Sequence record: MW760841.1
Direction: 5' to 3' (one strand)
DNA: 64,000 bases
Shown: positions 39,401 to 47,711 of the stretch, piece after piece
Layout: each line of letters begins with the position of its first letter
How positions within the stretch are numbered: position 1 is the first letter of the stretch
Notes under the pieces: model-generated
Seen by the model: only the letters and a program-made list of their open reading frames with translations
The model's database searches: none
Told to the model about the DNA's origin: nothing
Position numbers and translations under genes: made by a program

Positions 39401-40125
39401 CGGAAATCCGGTGTCGCTGCGATGGACTGGGATGGAAGATTTAAAGTCATGACGACTTTATAATCCGACAACCGATTACTGGTGCCCTGGATGATGTAAA
39501 ACGCGGAGGTCGGTTTCTTTTTGAATATCCAACTGGCGTCATTACGGTACAGTATTTCACCGCGACTGTAATTCCCTTCGTGCCCAGTAAAGCTGTACGT
39601 GTTGTTGATGATTGGATCGGGAACCGGAGGAAGTTCGGTTATCTTTTTACCGATATCCACGATAGCCTGCATCAGCTCACGTTCACCCTTCCAGTTCTCC
39701 CAGTCAAACTGGATATCCACTGGCGGGAAGTACACATCACCGATGGCATCTTCCCACTGGCAATCACTTGGGTATTTGTTCGCGTTAGCCAAGCGCTCAG
39801 CAGTAATCTGGGCTGGGGTCGCAATGCCCTTGCCCACGTAGTGTGCAGTGACTTTAAAATCGGTGGTGTATTTCGGGTTAACAATCCAAATCATCCCGTG
39901 TACCGAACGGCCAGTGCGCAACGTGCCAGTCATGTACGGATGGGTAATCAGATAGTCGTTACCGAGTTTTAAAACGGTAGAGCCGCTCTTCACGACCAGA
40001 GAATGGGAGTAAAAAGGGCCGTTAGAAGGTACCAGCATTCGGTACTTGGTGCCGATAACCGAGACCGCTTGATCGGGGATTAAATTCCCCGCGATGTTCT
40101 CATGCGGGTCAAATTCGACTGCCAT
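36424..40125 (-). CDS. Long tail fibre protein (1233 aa)
   Basis: PSNGPFY..LGNDY, DNPHG, HTH..NAT..AGLVQF; AAGGAG RBS. Confidence 0.8.
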   Translation of the reverse strand: MAVEFDPHENIAGNLIPDQAVSVIGTKYRMLVPSNGPFYSHSLVVKSGSTVLKLGNDYLITHPYMTGTLRTGRSVHGMIWIVNPKYTTDFKVTAHYVGKGIATPAQITAERLANANKYPSDCQWEDAIGDVYFPPVDIQFDWENWKGERELMQAIVDIGKKITELPPVPDPIINNTYSFTGHEGNYSRGEILYRNDASWIFKKKPTSAFYIIQGTSNRLSDYKVVMTLNLPSQSIAATPDFRLSLRNFWGSGFAGIHLLFKDDKLQALLYSSPSSRPTTETTFASSAVIGKALFAKPFKVTVVNSWTNDTISIKVEQDGAVLLDTTLDFANPPAVLSAVWAADGIASRLSKRTTDIRYWFPVGVNDTFSFQEIPGANAGTPDGSDVLSLLKKYHSLVDKLYREAPAHPHILRKDNPHGDQSYGRMRAIELNGIADDATLAFGKTQPQLADYVNQRSAKATDFSDKMLRKTATPRTITGTFTMLPGLSSITSAKDTEASGVGTNLQVDDKVVRLIARGSSTISAGSQPITFNAGANALVLYPDARELQWNGKKILDPTTIAPYLPGNEGGGSGIFYGSSTTTVTVTGSGIQSMPFIFTWVAPDDVDTAALAMRMLTTEFGTSDSLAATPALIQKLANEFTGKLEQAKAYINGLSLMSSVSLDKTSFNLDGVENIADLSLPTSSLQRQEMAKYAKNGHTHDAATFGIGNATTAKAGLVQFGGLVNDATLALDGQYVVGQFDAVEKLEDTVNNSNTEAIIDILRFGASGNSEVMNGASYNGWMVVLNPNNYFVKKDYPVPTATFNLAELFPVTHEDTVIGIFVDLVGDNAQYVLKDNVAFAETETLTRVGEIYTDETQISGLSVRNTTRLGAFRELEEHAADVSAHIPRGPTQAQFGYTFTKDGPVWNNAVVGTRRFDGDWRMLKGPDYVPMENVDWNNASSLLLRKTATGVANHRHLIHQCPIRTSGNIIAAFTSSVDTAASVFEVVMASWEDSKGRRNRISLLMQRTNNITGSEGMLCYLGFAINYGTMRQVLIGINASSFTTAANWNSITPLVTFNLGRVGNGALQITGTVNVSPYGFSFAVDLVGKKVTFWRTYGAAAVTEIYDLAPYLTAAQIDISPLVNDITWPVYHGIGGTLDADTTVGLSYEMATFTPRPGYETAFDYIQNISEMNRIRVITAPSATKLSNTDVRTAAAAKDLASAAKRPDGVPDYLNKDRLATYSDGVNYTAVVVRD

Positions 40126-40157
40126 GTTATACTCCTTTTGTCTAAGGCCGTCACGTT

Positions 40158-40166
40158 CATACTATG
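40158..40166. promoter_or_regulatory. Possible back-to-back late promoters (CATA-C-TATG)
   Basis: TATG on both strands in the 66-bp divergent gap; TATG is the reported phiKZ late-promoter core. Confidence 0.3.
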
Positions 40167-40191
40167 ACCTTCAACCTTAGAGGAACCGCTT

Positions 40192-41448
40192 GTGGACGCT
40201 ATTTATCAAGTGCGGGCGGACAGCGCGTATGGCTTCAACCGAGAGTCCCGGACTTGGGGAACCATCGACGTTACACAGCCGCTAAAAACCCTGTACGCCA
40301 CCTATCACTCATTCGAGGTAGGTCTGGAATCGCTGGGCATCTCTTATACCCTGCACAGCCAGGACTACAAAGCTGAATTACAAAACCGTACCGGTACCCT
40401 ACAAGCGTGGTTGAACACCAAAGCCGGGGTTGCCTTGACATTACTGACCAGCGGTTTGCCGGTACTGGAATTCTCACACGCTCACTGGCAATCACTGAAT
40501 GCCAATGTCGGGCCAGAAGCCTATATCTGCCCGCCGAACTATCACTACACGCAGGACTTCGCCATTGAAGATGCCCATGACGTGGTTATCGTGAGTGATG
40601 CCGACCGGACGGTACTCCGTAATAATGCGCTCTACTGTATCAACGGTCAGTGGGTACCTTCCGCTGCGGATGCAGTCGGGGTACGTTTACCGGGAGCCGG
40701 GAACATTGTCCGTCGTAGTGGGTATCTGGATATCGGTTGTCTGGTGTTTAACGACATCGGTAATGTGCAGACCATTCCTATCAAAGGACTGACGCTGACC
40801 AAACTCGATACCAGTCGCGATTACAACTCAACGCTCATGCTCTCGTTACCGGTCAGCATCACCGGGAAGAAAGTGGGTTACGTGATTGGTGGGATTCTGC
40901 ACTGGTTGAAACCGGAGTTCTATTTCAGTGACAAAGCAATTATGCTGAGTCTGCCGAACTTTAGTCTGGTGAAAACGGTACTGGAAACCCGTGACTATTA
41001 CGACTGGGATACCATTGGTACCGGTGACTTGTCTTCACCGACGCTGGTCTCACGTATCCGTAATCCTGAAACCATGAAGGCGTTGCTGGAACACGAGTCG
41101 TCCTTCATCGTGGTGGTCGATAACCCGTATCTGGAGTTTGAGCACATCGGGATTAACCATGGGGCGTCGTACGGTCGTTTCCATCTGCGTGACCCGCAGG
41201 ATATCGACAGTGAGAAACCGTTGGGGATGCTGAACAACGACTTCGGCAAGACGGTCAGCTACTGGCCGACCTGGGAGGAAGGGGAGTGGACATTCCACAC
41301 GACCGAGATTACTCGGCAGAACTATCTCTTTACTCACGCGAAGTGGCATAACCAAAACGCCATCACCGACATCAAACCTATCGTCGCACCGAATGTGTAT
41401 CGTGTGGTGAATGTTGAAATGGTGCGTATCAAAGCACGAAAAAAATAA
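40192..41448 (+). CDS. Hypothetical protein, probably virion structural (418 aa)
   Basis: GTG start with GAGGA RBS; long ORF within the structural module; function inferred from context only. Confidence 0.6.
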   Translation: MDAIYQVRADSAYGFNRESRTWGTIDVTQPLKTLYATYHSFEVGLESLGISYTLHSQDYKAELQNRTGTLQAWLNTKAGVALTLLTSGLPVLEFSHAHWQSLNANVGPEAYICPPNYHYTQDFAIEDAHDVVIVSDADRTVLRNNALYCINGQWVPSAADAVGVRLPGAGNIVRRSGYLDIGCLVFNDIGNVQTIPIKGLTLTKLDTSRDYNSTLMLSLPVSITGKKVGYVIGGILHWLKPEFYFSDKAIMLSLPNFSLVKTVLETRDYYDWDTIGTGDLSSPTLVSRIRNPETMKALLEHESSFIVVVDNPYLEFEHIGINHGASYGRFHLRDPQDIDSEKPLGMLNNDFGKTVSYWPTWEEGEWTFHTTEITRQNYLFTHAKWHNQNAITDIKPIVAPNVYRVVNVEMVRIKARKK

Positions 41449-41455
41449 AGGTAAA

Positions 41456-41481
41456 CTCCTACTCCCGATTGGGAGTAGGAG
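41456..41481. terminator. Bidirectional terminator CTCCTACTCCC-GATT-GGGAGTAGGAG
   Basis: 11-bp perfect stem between convergent genes. Confidence 0.8.
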
Positions 41482-41499
41482 ACCTAATAATTTTTGCGC

Positions 41500-41709
41500 T
41501 TAGTCTTTTTTGTAGACGATCGCATCACCGTGCTGCTGGTTGTTACCGGAGATACCGATAACTTTGAACGCGTCGCCGCCTTTCTCTTCAGCTGCTTTCG
41601 CCAGCTTAGCAGTTACGTCGTCAACGGTGCTGCCAGTTGCAGTCACGTTACCAATTTTCTTGTACTCAGCTGGAATATTCTCAGCAGAAGCGAATTCTTT
41701 AATGCTCAT
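41500..41709 (-). CDS. DUF1471 (YdgH/BhsA/McbA-like) small protein lacking a signal peptide
   Basis: KIGNVTATGST..DV..KL..AAEEKGG.AFKVIG.SGNN..HG.A..YK; AGAGGG RBS. Confidence 0.78.
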   Translation of the reverse strand: MSIKEFASAENIPAEYKKIGNVTATGSTVDDVTAKLAKAAEEKGGDAFKVIGISGNNQQHGDAIVYKKD

Positions 41710-41784
41710 CGTATTTCCCTCTATTGATTAAATCGGCAGTATGCCATAAAGCATAGTAACAGGCTGTCCTGTAAAAAGAAAAAG

Positions 41785-41809
41785 ACCGCCATCCCGAAGG
41801 ACAGCGGTT
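41785..41809 (-). terminator. Terminator after the spike gene
   Basis: On - strand ACCGCTGTCC-TTCG-GGATGGCGGT followed by a T-run. Confidence 0.72.
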
Positions 41810-41981
41810 TTCCCCTACGACTTTAATTTAAACCCGAAGGTCTGTCGTAGCCCTATTGTGAATCTTCAAACTTTTTTGCGAAAAAAGTAGCCGATGCTCG
41901 CAAGCGATGAGATAAAAGAGTTTGTCGATTATTCGACGCTTGTGACCTTCGTCATATACCAGGCACCATCTGTAAAAAGAC

Positions 41982-42914
41982 TTAGCCATTCTTCGGTTTG
42001 GATACATCGTTACCATCACCCTGCTCTTTGTGAACGTGCAGTGAGAAGGTAATGTCAGCAATTTTCGCATCAGTAACCGTGAACAGACCTTTACCTTCGC
42101 CTGTGCCACCGTAGGAGAAGTTTTTGCCCACGTCGAGGTTACCGGTGTACAAGGACTTCGGTGAATCTGTTGTCCAGTCGGCGGTTTTGAACCTGACCGA
42201 CTTATTCGCAGTCACATCCCAAACGTCGCACTTACCTTTAATCAGTTTCGTTTCCAGGTTAATGGAGCGCGTGGTAAAGATGAAGGCGTCTTCTTTATTG
42301 ATGTTAATCTTCGAGCGCATGGCGTTCTCGAAGCCCAGGTCGTATTCCTGGGAGTTCATGTAATACTGGTTGCCTAAGTCATCTCGACACAACCACGTCC
42401 CGTCGCGCGTGTTGAACTGCCAAATATAGGCATTCTTCTCACCGTTCGACATTGACGTACGAATCGTGATGTGTTTATCCATCGGAGAGAAGTTCATGAC
42501 GTAGGCGTTCGACAAGTCATCAGCCATCTGGTTCTTCGGGTCACCTGACCAGGCGTAAATGGCATCCTCTAAACGCTTCACGTTTGAGGAGTTCAAGTCT
42601 ACCCAGAAATAGATGTCCGTTTTGCCGAGGCGATAAATGAGGACTTGGTCTTCCTTCTTTACATCCGGTGAATTGACGCGGTTCGAGTTGAACTTCCACC
42701 ACTTGGCCGTGATGTGGTTCCCCTCTTTGACTTTCAAGCTATCGGTCGCTGTCCCGGTCGAATACTGGTGCTCAGTCTCGCTCTCTTGGACGGCGACCTT
42801 CGTCGGCTCCATGAAGCTGACTTCGATCGGTATGATTTTCACTCGGTCGGTGCCACGCGGTTTATCTTCTGCCACCACACCCAGCGAGTAGAAATCGACA
42901 TTAGACTTTTCCAC
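41982..42914 (-). CDS. Baseplate central spike (gpV/gp138-like); probable GTG start 42914
   Basis: GAGGAGG RBS; OB-like N-domain (AKWW..NSNRV.SPDVK..DQV.IYR), short beta-repeats, C-terminal LHVH (HxH apex). Confidence 0.65.
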   Translation of the reverse strand: MEKSNVDFYSLGVVAEDKPRGTDRVKIIPIEVSFMEPTKVAVQESETEHQYSTGTATDSLKVKEGNHITAKWWKFNSNRVNSPDVKKEDQVLIYRLGKTDIYFWVDLNSSNVKRLEDAIYAWSGDPKNQMADDLSNAYVMNFSPMDKHITIRTSMSNGEKNAYIWQFNTRDGTWLCRDDLGNQYYMNSQEYDLGFENAMRSKININKEDAFIFTTRSINLETKLIKGKCDVWDVTANKSVRFKTADWTTDSPKSLYTGNLDVGKNFSYGGTGEGKGLFTVTDAKIADITFSLHVHKEQGDGNDVSKPKNG

Positions 42915-43191
42915 GCTTACCTCCTCGGTTCTCATATTACTCGCATTTTTTACGGATCGATCTGTTCTTTGTGCTTGAGGGAAACTTCAGGGGGTAAGGG
43001 GGATCTGTGTGGATATTCCATAGATCTCGGAGGAGGAATGGAATGACTCCGACTTCCTTTAGTTCTTTTATCTGTTGACCTAACTCTTTTTACAGATGCA
43101 GCTAGTGCTATGGCGATGAGCCATACGCTAACGTTTCATTGGCGAATACCCAATGTCGTTGGCTGAACTTACTTAGATTAGGAAAGCACGA

Positions 43192-43899
43192 ATGAACCGT
43201 AAAGATACCAACAACTATTTCCGCTTAAACGACGCCATCCATTTACTGACCGATATGAATAAGCTGGAGCGGGGAAGCGATAAAGCCATTGCCTACCACC
43301 GAAAACTCGGTGAGACGTTAGGCCGTACGCTCTTCTCAGAAATGCTGGAGCCGTATTACAGCGTGAACTCGGTCAGATGCCTGACTTCCGAAGAAATGCA
43401 CCGTGGCAATCTGTACCTCACACTCACCGGTATGCCGGAGATGAATGAATTCGTCGAACAGTACCGTAAGGCATTGGTGCAGGCTGAAATCGATGCCGAA
43501 ACCAAACGCCCCATTGATGACGTGACGGCTACGTTGGAATTTTTTGCGCCACTGGATACCGAGATACACACGACGGCGATGTTGCGTATTCGTTACACGA
43601 TGGCGGGTACAACAGACCCGATGAGCTATGTGACGGAGATGCACCACGACTTCAAGTTCAGTATGGTCATGAGCCATTCGAACAATCTGGTGGAGAATCC
43701 ACAGATGCCGGATATTGAAGAGCGTTCGATTGCCTCGCCGGTGTATCTGGTGAATTCGCAGAACGTGAAGAGCACTTTTGGTCATACCGTCAGAGAGAAT
43801 CCGTTGGCGATTTACCTCTGTGCCCGCCGTTACGGCTGGAGTGAAGTGTTCTACCACGGACAGCAGGTCTTACTGAAAGCGGACATCCACGTTCGTTAA
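43192..43899 (+). CDS. Hypothetical protein, paralogue family P (235 aa)
   Basis: AGGA RBS; C-terminal PVYL...K...A..YGW..V motif shared with the next two genes. Confidence 0.7.
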   Translation: MNRKDTNNYFRLNDAIHLLTDMNKLERGSDKAIAYHRKLGETLGRTLFSEMLEPYYSVNSVRCLTSEEMHRGNLYLTLTGMPEMNEFVEQYRKALVQAEIDAETKRPIDDVTATLEFFAPLDTEIHTTAMLRIRYTMAGTTDPMSYVTEMHHDFKFSMVMSHSNNLVENPQMPDIEERSIASPVYLVNSQNVKSTFGHTVRENPLAIYLCARRYGWSEVFYHGQQVLLKADIHVR

Positions 43900-43907
43900 G
43901 GTAAATA

Positions 43908-43927
43908 AGGGAGCCTTCGGGCTCCCT
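43908..43927 (+). terminator. Terminator AGGGAGCC-TTCG-GGCTCCCT
   Basis: 8-bp stem with UUCG loop. Confidence 0.7.
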
Positions 43928-43941
43928 AGGATTATAATTTT

Positions 43942-43965
43942 TTTCAGATATATATTACCTAGGTG
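43942..43965 (+). promoter_or_regulatory. Candidate early phage promoter (contains TATATTAC)
   Basis: 21/24 identical to 47151-47174; intergenic; resembles the phiKZ early-promoter core. Confidence 0.6.
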
Positions 43966-44010
43966 AGAATTCAATCAGTTCTTTTAATCTTGACTATCGA
44001 GGAGTCCTTT

Positions 44011-44664
44011 ATGAATCTGTTCCATACTGCTTTTGCCCGTTTACTCGACGACCAGAATACCGACGAGTTGATTGCCACATTCCAACGTGCCGTGGCCGTC
44101 TATACCAAGACTAACGCTGAAATTTACCAGCACTTCTCAATGAGCGAAGAGTTCATCACAGAGAATCGCGTCAGACTGATGGAGCACAAGACGGGTGAAA
44201 TCGAAGATAACATTCGCCGCATGATGGTAGAAGCATTCCACGTTGCGGCGGTAGACGCCAAGATTCCGGATATCGAAATCGATGTGATGGTGTCAGGCGG
44301 CATCTCATGGCCAAACGGTCGTCCGCAGTCACAGGGCCTGTTCGAAGGTGCCGTTGAAATGTTCGCCATGGAATTCAAAATTACCCGCGACCACAATACA
44401 GTGCAATGGCATCGGGTCATCGTGTGCCTCAGGCCGTACCACGGTTACCAGCCGATTGAAGAAAAGCTGGAATGGGAGCGTTCCACTTTCCCAACGCCGG
44501 AGCAATCAGTAACGGACGAAGCGCCAGTGTTAACCCTGCGTGCCGAGGACATGAAACTGATGACCACCGGCAATGAAACCATTCAGGATTTTGCCGTGCT
44601 CGCTATCAGAGCAGGTTGGAGAACGGTGCAGATTTTCGGTACCCAGTTAGTGTTAGTTAAATAA
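44011..44664 (+). CDS. Hypothetical protein, family P (start moved to ATG 44011)
   Basis: GAGGAG RBS; C-terminal PVL...K...AIRAGW. Confidence 0.7.
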   Translation: MNLFHTAFARLLDDQNTDELIATFQRAVAVYTKTNAEIYQHFSMSEEFITENRVRLMEHKTGEIEDNIRRMMVEAFHVAAVDAKIPDIEIDVMVSGGISWPNGRPQSQGLFEGAVEMFAMEFKITRDHNTVQWHRVIVCLRPYHGYQPIEEKLEWERSTFPTPEQSVTDEAPVLTLRAEDMKLMTTGNETIQDFAVLAIRAGWRTVQIFGTQLVLVK

Positions 44665-44690
44665 ACCCATAGCCCATCAAGGAGTATCTC

Positions 44691-45320
44691 ATGAACTTAA
44701 TCGAACGCGCAGTAAAAGCTAACGACGACATCGCATTGGTTAACGTGGTTATCTACAAACTCAGCCAAAAGATTGGCTATCAAGTGGCGTCTCTTAACTA
44801 CGTGGAGATTCTCGAAAGCGAACCGTTTGCTATTCACATGGTGCCTACCCTCCCCGAGAACGAAGTGGGTGATGCGGGTACATTGGCTAAGCGTATCGAA
44901 GATGCACTGCGTGCGCGGCATCCGGGAAACTGGGTAGAAGTGAAGTTGGCGAAAGGCTACCGTATCAATGGTGAATTCCATCACGGTAACGGTGCCGTGA
45001 CTGACCATCTCGATATCCCACTAATCGCCTTCCAAGTGAAGGTCGGCAACGAAGACGATGGCAACATCATTCACTTCCACGTCGATATGCAAGTTCTGGA
45101 AGCCCCGTTCTACGCGGTCGATATCAATCGCCTGATTGAAATGAAAGCCGAAACCACCGGTGAGTGTCCGGTGTATCTGTTGAAGCATCAGCAGATTAAA
45201 GACATTACTAATCTGGATGTCGTGGACGATCACGTTCTCGACTCCGTGGGGATTGCTGCTTTGGCCGCAGGTTGGACAGACACCGAAACCCACAGCCTGT
45301 CAATGTTGTTGATTGACTAA
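44691..45320 (+). CDS. Hypothetical protein, family P (209 aa)
   Basis: AAGGAG RBS; C-terminal PVYL...K...ALAAGW. Confidence 0.7.
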   Translation: MNLIERAVKANDDIALVNVVIYKLSQKIGYQVASLNYVEILESEPFAIHMVPTLPENEVGDAGTLAKRIEDALRARHPGNWVEVKLAKGYRINGEFHHGNGAVTDHLDIPLIAFQVKVGNEDDGNIIHFHVDMQVLEAPFYAVDINRLIEMKAETTGECPVYLLKHQQIKDITNLDVVDDHVLDSVGIAALAAGWTDTETHSLSMLLID

Positions 45321-45327
45321 AACAATG

Positions 45328-45347
45328 AGGCCCTGAATTCAGGGCCT
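45328..45347 (+). terminator. Perfect 20-bp palindrome AGGCCCTGAATTCAGGGCCT, terminator-like
   Basis: Intergenic, followed by a T-rich tract. Confidence 0.65.
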
Positions 45348-45376
45348 TTCTTTTTGCCATTTCAGGATTATCTATC

Positions 45377-45943
45377 ATGTTAATTTACCAAATGACCGCG
45401 GAACAAATCATTAACAAGTACGGCAAGAAAATGCCGAGCATTATTCCGGCGTTAGAGAAGCACGAGGTGGAGCAGTATGCAGTATTCGAGCAGGATGACA
45501 TTCCGAAGGCTGTCTTTGCGGTTCTCCATCACCGTGACCCGTCGATTGGTCGCGGCATCTATCACCTTTCGGCTATCGCCACCCTGATGTTGGACCTTAA
45601 TCCGAAGCTGATGCGTCGTTACCGTGAACAGTACGGTAAAAAGAACGACGTGCTGGCTTACGATTTACCGACGTCCGTTCATGTTGAAGAGATTCAACCG
45701 AACATCGTTCGCTTCTCACCCATGGAAGAATCGGAAGGGTCGGCTGCAATGGCTTTCCATGGGGTAGAGCTGGATGACGAAGACCAGAACATCACCGAGC
45801 GTGAAATCAACGACATCGTGCAACAAGCACCGGGTGTCCGTTTCAGTCTCGGCTTCACCAGTCAAGCCCAACAAGGCAGTGTGGGACGCTACTTAGCGGA
45901 AGTCCACAATTACCAAATCACCCGCCGTGTTTACATTCTGTAA
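45377..45943 (+). CDS. Hypothetical protein (188 aa)
   Basis: ORF with AGGA RBS on the locally coding strand. Confidence 0.65.
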   Translation: MLIYQMTAEQIINKYGKKMPSIIPALEKHEVEQYAVFEQDDIPKAVFAVLHHRDPSIGRGIYHLSAIATLMLDLNPKLMRRYREQYGKKNDVLAYDLPTSVHVEEIQPNIVRFSPMEESEGSAAMAFHGVELDDEDQNITEREINDIVQQAPGVRFSLGFTSQAQQGSVGRYLAEVHNYQITRRVYIL

Positions 45944-45954
45944 AGGAGAACACC

Positions 45955-46491
45955 ATGCAATACCAAGGTTATGTTGTCGCAAACGATTACCAGAATGAGT
46001 ATCCACCCATCGTTCTGAAACGTGCGAGTGCACTGGAACTGGCGGACGTTATGCAAAGTCACACGTTGATTCCAGTTACGGTACCGATTGATAATCCGTT
46101 TATCGATCGTGTCGATGACCCGTTTTTCGAGCCTAAGATGCTCCGTGAACTGGGTTGGGACGACGAGAAGATTCGTGCTCGTCTGCTGGATAACCCACGG
46201 ATGCTGGCACAAATCACCAACACCAACTTCTGGGCCGATGTCGTAGAGCATATCGAAGACGTTAATTACACAGCCGGGGATTTATTTGAGCGTGACCGTG
46301 ATAACTTCATGGAACTGCCGGTAAGCACTGAGCTGTTCTTTAGCTTCAACGAAAACATCGCCGATGCACAAGCTCAGCATTACGACGGTGTGGTATTCAA
46401 AGGTATGGCAGCCTGCCGCGACAGCATCATGGTTATCAGCTTCCGCTCCGCTGCTATCCGCTACGGCACTGAAGAACGCCTTCCATTATAA
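45955..46491 (+). CDS. Hypothetical protein (178 aa)
   Basis: AAGGAG RBS. Confidence 0.68.
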   Translation: MQYQGYVVANDYQNEYPPIVLKRASALELADVMQSHTLIPVTVPIDNPFIDRVDDPFFEPKMLRELGWDDEKIRARLLDNPRMLAQITNTNFWADVVEHIEDVNYTAGDLFERDRDNFMELPVSTELFFSFNENIADAQAQHYDGVVFKGMAACRDSIMVISFRSAAIRYGTEERLPL

Positions 46492-46499
46492 CTGATTGC

Positions 46500-46517
46500 G
46501 GGGCGCTAAGACGCCCC
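46500..46517 (+). terminator. Terminator GGGGCG-CTAAGA-CGCCCC
   Basis: GC stem with a downstream T-run. Confidence 0.55.
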
Positions 46518-46565
46518 CTCTCTCATTTTTTACGCGACGACCCATTCATTTTAGGAGTATCAACT

Positions 46566-47141
46566 ATGCTACAGATTCACAAATATTTCGACACCGTGGA
46601 ATTAGAACGTCTGCATCGCGAAGGTGAATTACCGAAAGGTGATATCCTTGGTACTGCCCGTCTTTACATGGCGAAAGAACAAGGCAGCGTTTTGATTCTG
46701 TTGCGCGACGCGGGGTCGTGGGACGTGAATGCCGTGTTTGTGGATATCCCGGATGCGAATGACCGCTTGAATCGCAACATCTATTGTCTCTACTCTGACG
46801 TGGACACAATTGACAATGAGTTGTTCCAAAGCTATTTGCGTGATGGCCGCTTCCGTTTCGCCGAAGTGCATCTACCATCCAATACACGACTGGATAACGA
46901 TTTTTCGATATGGCGTATCATGCGCCACAAAAAGCAGGCCATTGGTCAACTGACGCGTTTCAGTTTCATGAATGCAGATACAATTGAGAAGGACATCAAG
47001 GTCATTGCGGAACACGGTGAAACAGCACGCCTTGAAATCCATCTGTCCATGGCGGTACGTAAAGCCGATGCAGACATCTGTAAGCGTTTAACGAAGTATG
47101 GCTTCACCACCCGTAAATACATCTATCACGTTATCCCGTAA
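46566..47141 (+). CDS. Hypothetical protein (191 aa)
   Basis: AGGAG RBS. Confidence 0.68.
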   Translation: MLQIHKYFDTVELERLHREGELPKGDILGTARLYMAKEQGSVLILLRDAGSWDVNAVFVDIPDANDRLNRNIYCLYSDVDTIDNELFQSYLRDGRFRFAEVHLPSNTRLDNDFSIWRIMRHKKQAIGQLTRFSFMNADTIEKDIKVIAEHGETARLEIHLSMAVRKADADICKRLTKYGFTTRKYIYHVIP

Positions 47142-47150
47142 TAGAAAAGA

Positions 47151-47174
47151 TTTCAGATAGATATCATCTAGGTG
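47151..47174 (+). promoter_or_regulatory. Candidate early phage promoter (second copy)
   Basis: TTTCAGATAGATATCATCTAGGTG, 21/24 identical to 43942-43965. Confidence 0.6.
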
Positions 47175-47223
47175 GAGTTAGGCATTTACTCCCTTTAACT
47201 ATTGCCCCTAAAGGACCAATTGA

Positions 47224-47667
47224 ATGAAAGACATGATTAAGCACATCAGCAACAAACCTGCGGTTATGACTACCCTGAAGAAATGGCGTCCCGCATTAGT
47301 CTCGCTGTTCCAGGCAGTTGTACAGGTGAGCACTGAGGTGCAGCCACAAACTGGCACCAAGACTATCAACTTCACCAACGAAGTGATTCTTGACCTGCCG
47401 CCGCGTATGCGTCACCAGATGCTGTCTGAGTTCACCGGGTGGCTGAACATGAAAGGTCGTGACTTCCTCGAGCCCGAAGATTTTCAGTCGGTGTCGATAC
47501 AGCTGGAAGCGCGTCTGCTGCGCGAACGCATTCAGGTCTGCCTGGTTGATGAAGAGACCGGATATAACATCGTAGAAATTCTCGACTACGCCGACCTTGC
47601 CCCATTCCTGCAAGCGGGCCTCGATTACCATAAACGTGCGAATACCTTCTTCGTTCCACGTTCGTAA
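47224..47667 (+). CDS. Hypothetical protein (147 aa)
   Basis: AAGGA RBS; downstream of the promoter motif. Confidence 0.65.
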   Translation: MKDMIKHISNKPAVMTTLKKWRPALVSLFQAVVQVSTEVQPQTGTKTINFTNEVILDLPPRMRHQMLSEFTGWLNMKGRDFLEPEDFQSVSIQLEARLLRERIQVCLVDEETGYNIVEILDYADLAPFLQAGLDYHKRANTFFVPRS

Positions 47668-47674
47668 GTAAACC

Positions 47675-47692
47675 GGCGGCCTTCGGGTCGCC
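47675..47692 (+). terminator. Terminator GGCGGCC-TTCG-GGTCGCC
   Basis: UUCG hairpin with T-rich tail. Confidence 0.68.
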
Positions 47693-47711
47693 ACCTTTAT
47701 TTTATTCGGCA

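Noticed and set aside
41828-42109. 93-aa - strand ORF overlapping the spike 3' end
   Set aside because: Overlaps the spike by over 120 nt in another frame, has no RBS and shows no motif.
43029-43078. GGAGGAGG followed by ATG-GAA-TGA and an overlapping 11-codon ORF in the divergent gap
   Set aside because: Too short to support without conservation or ribosome data.
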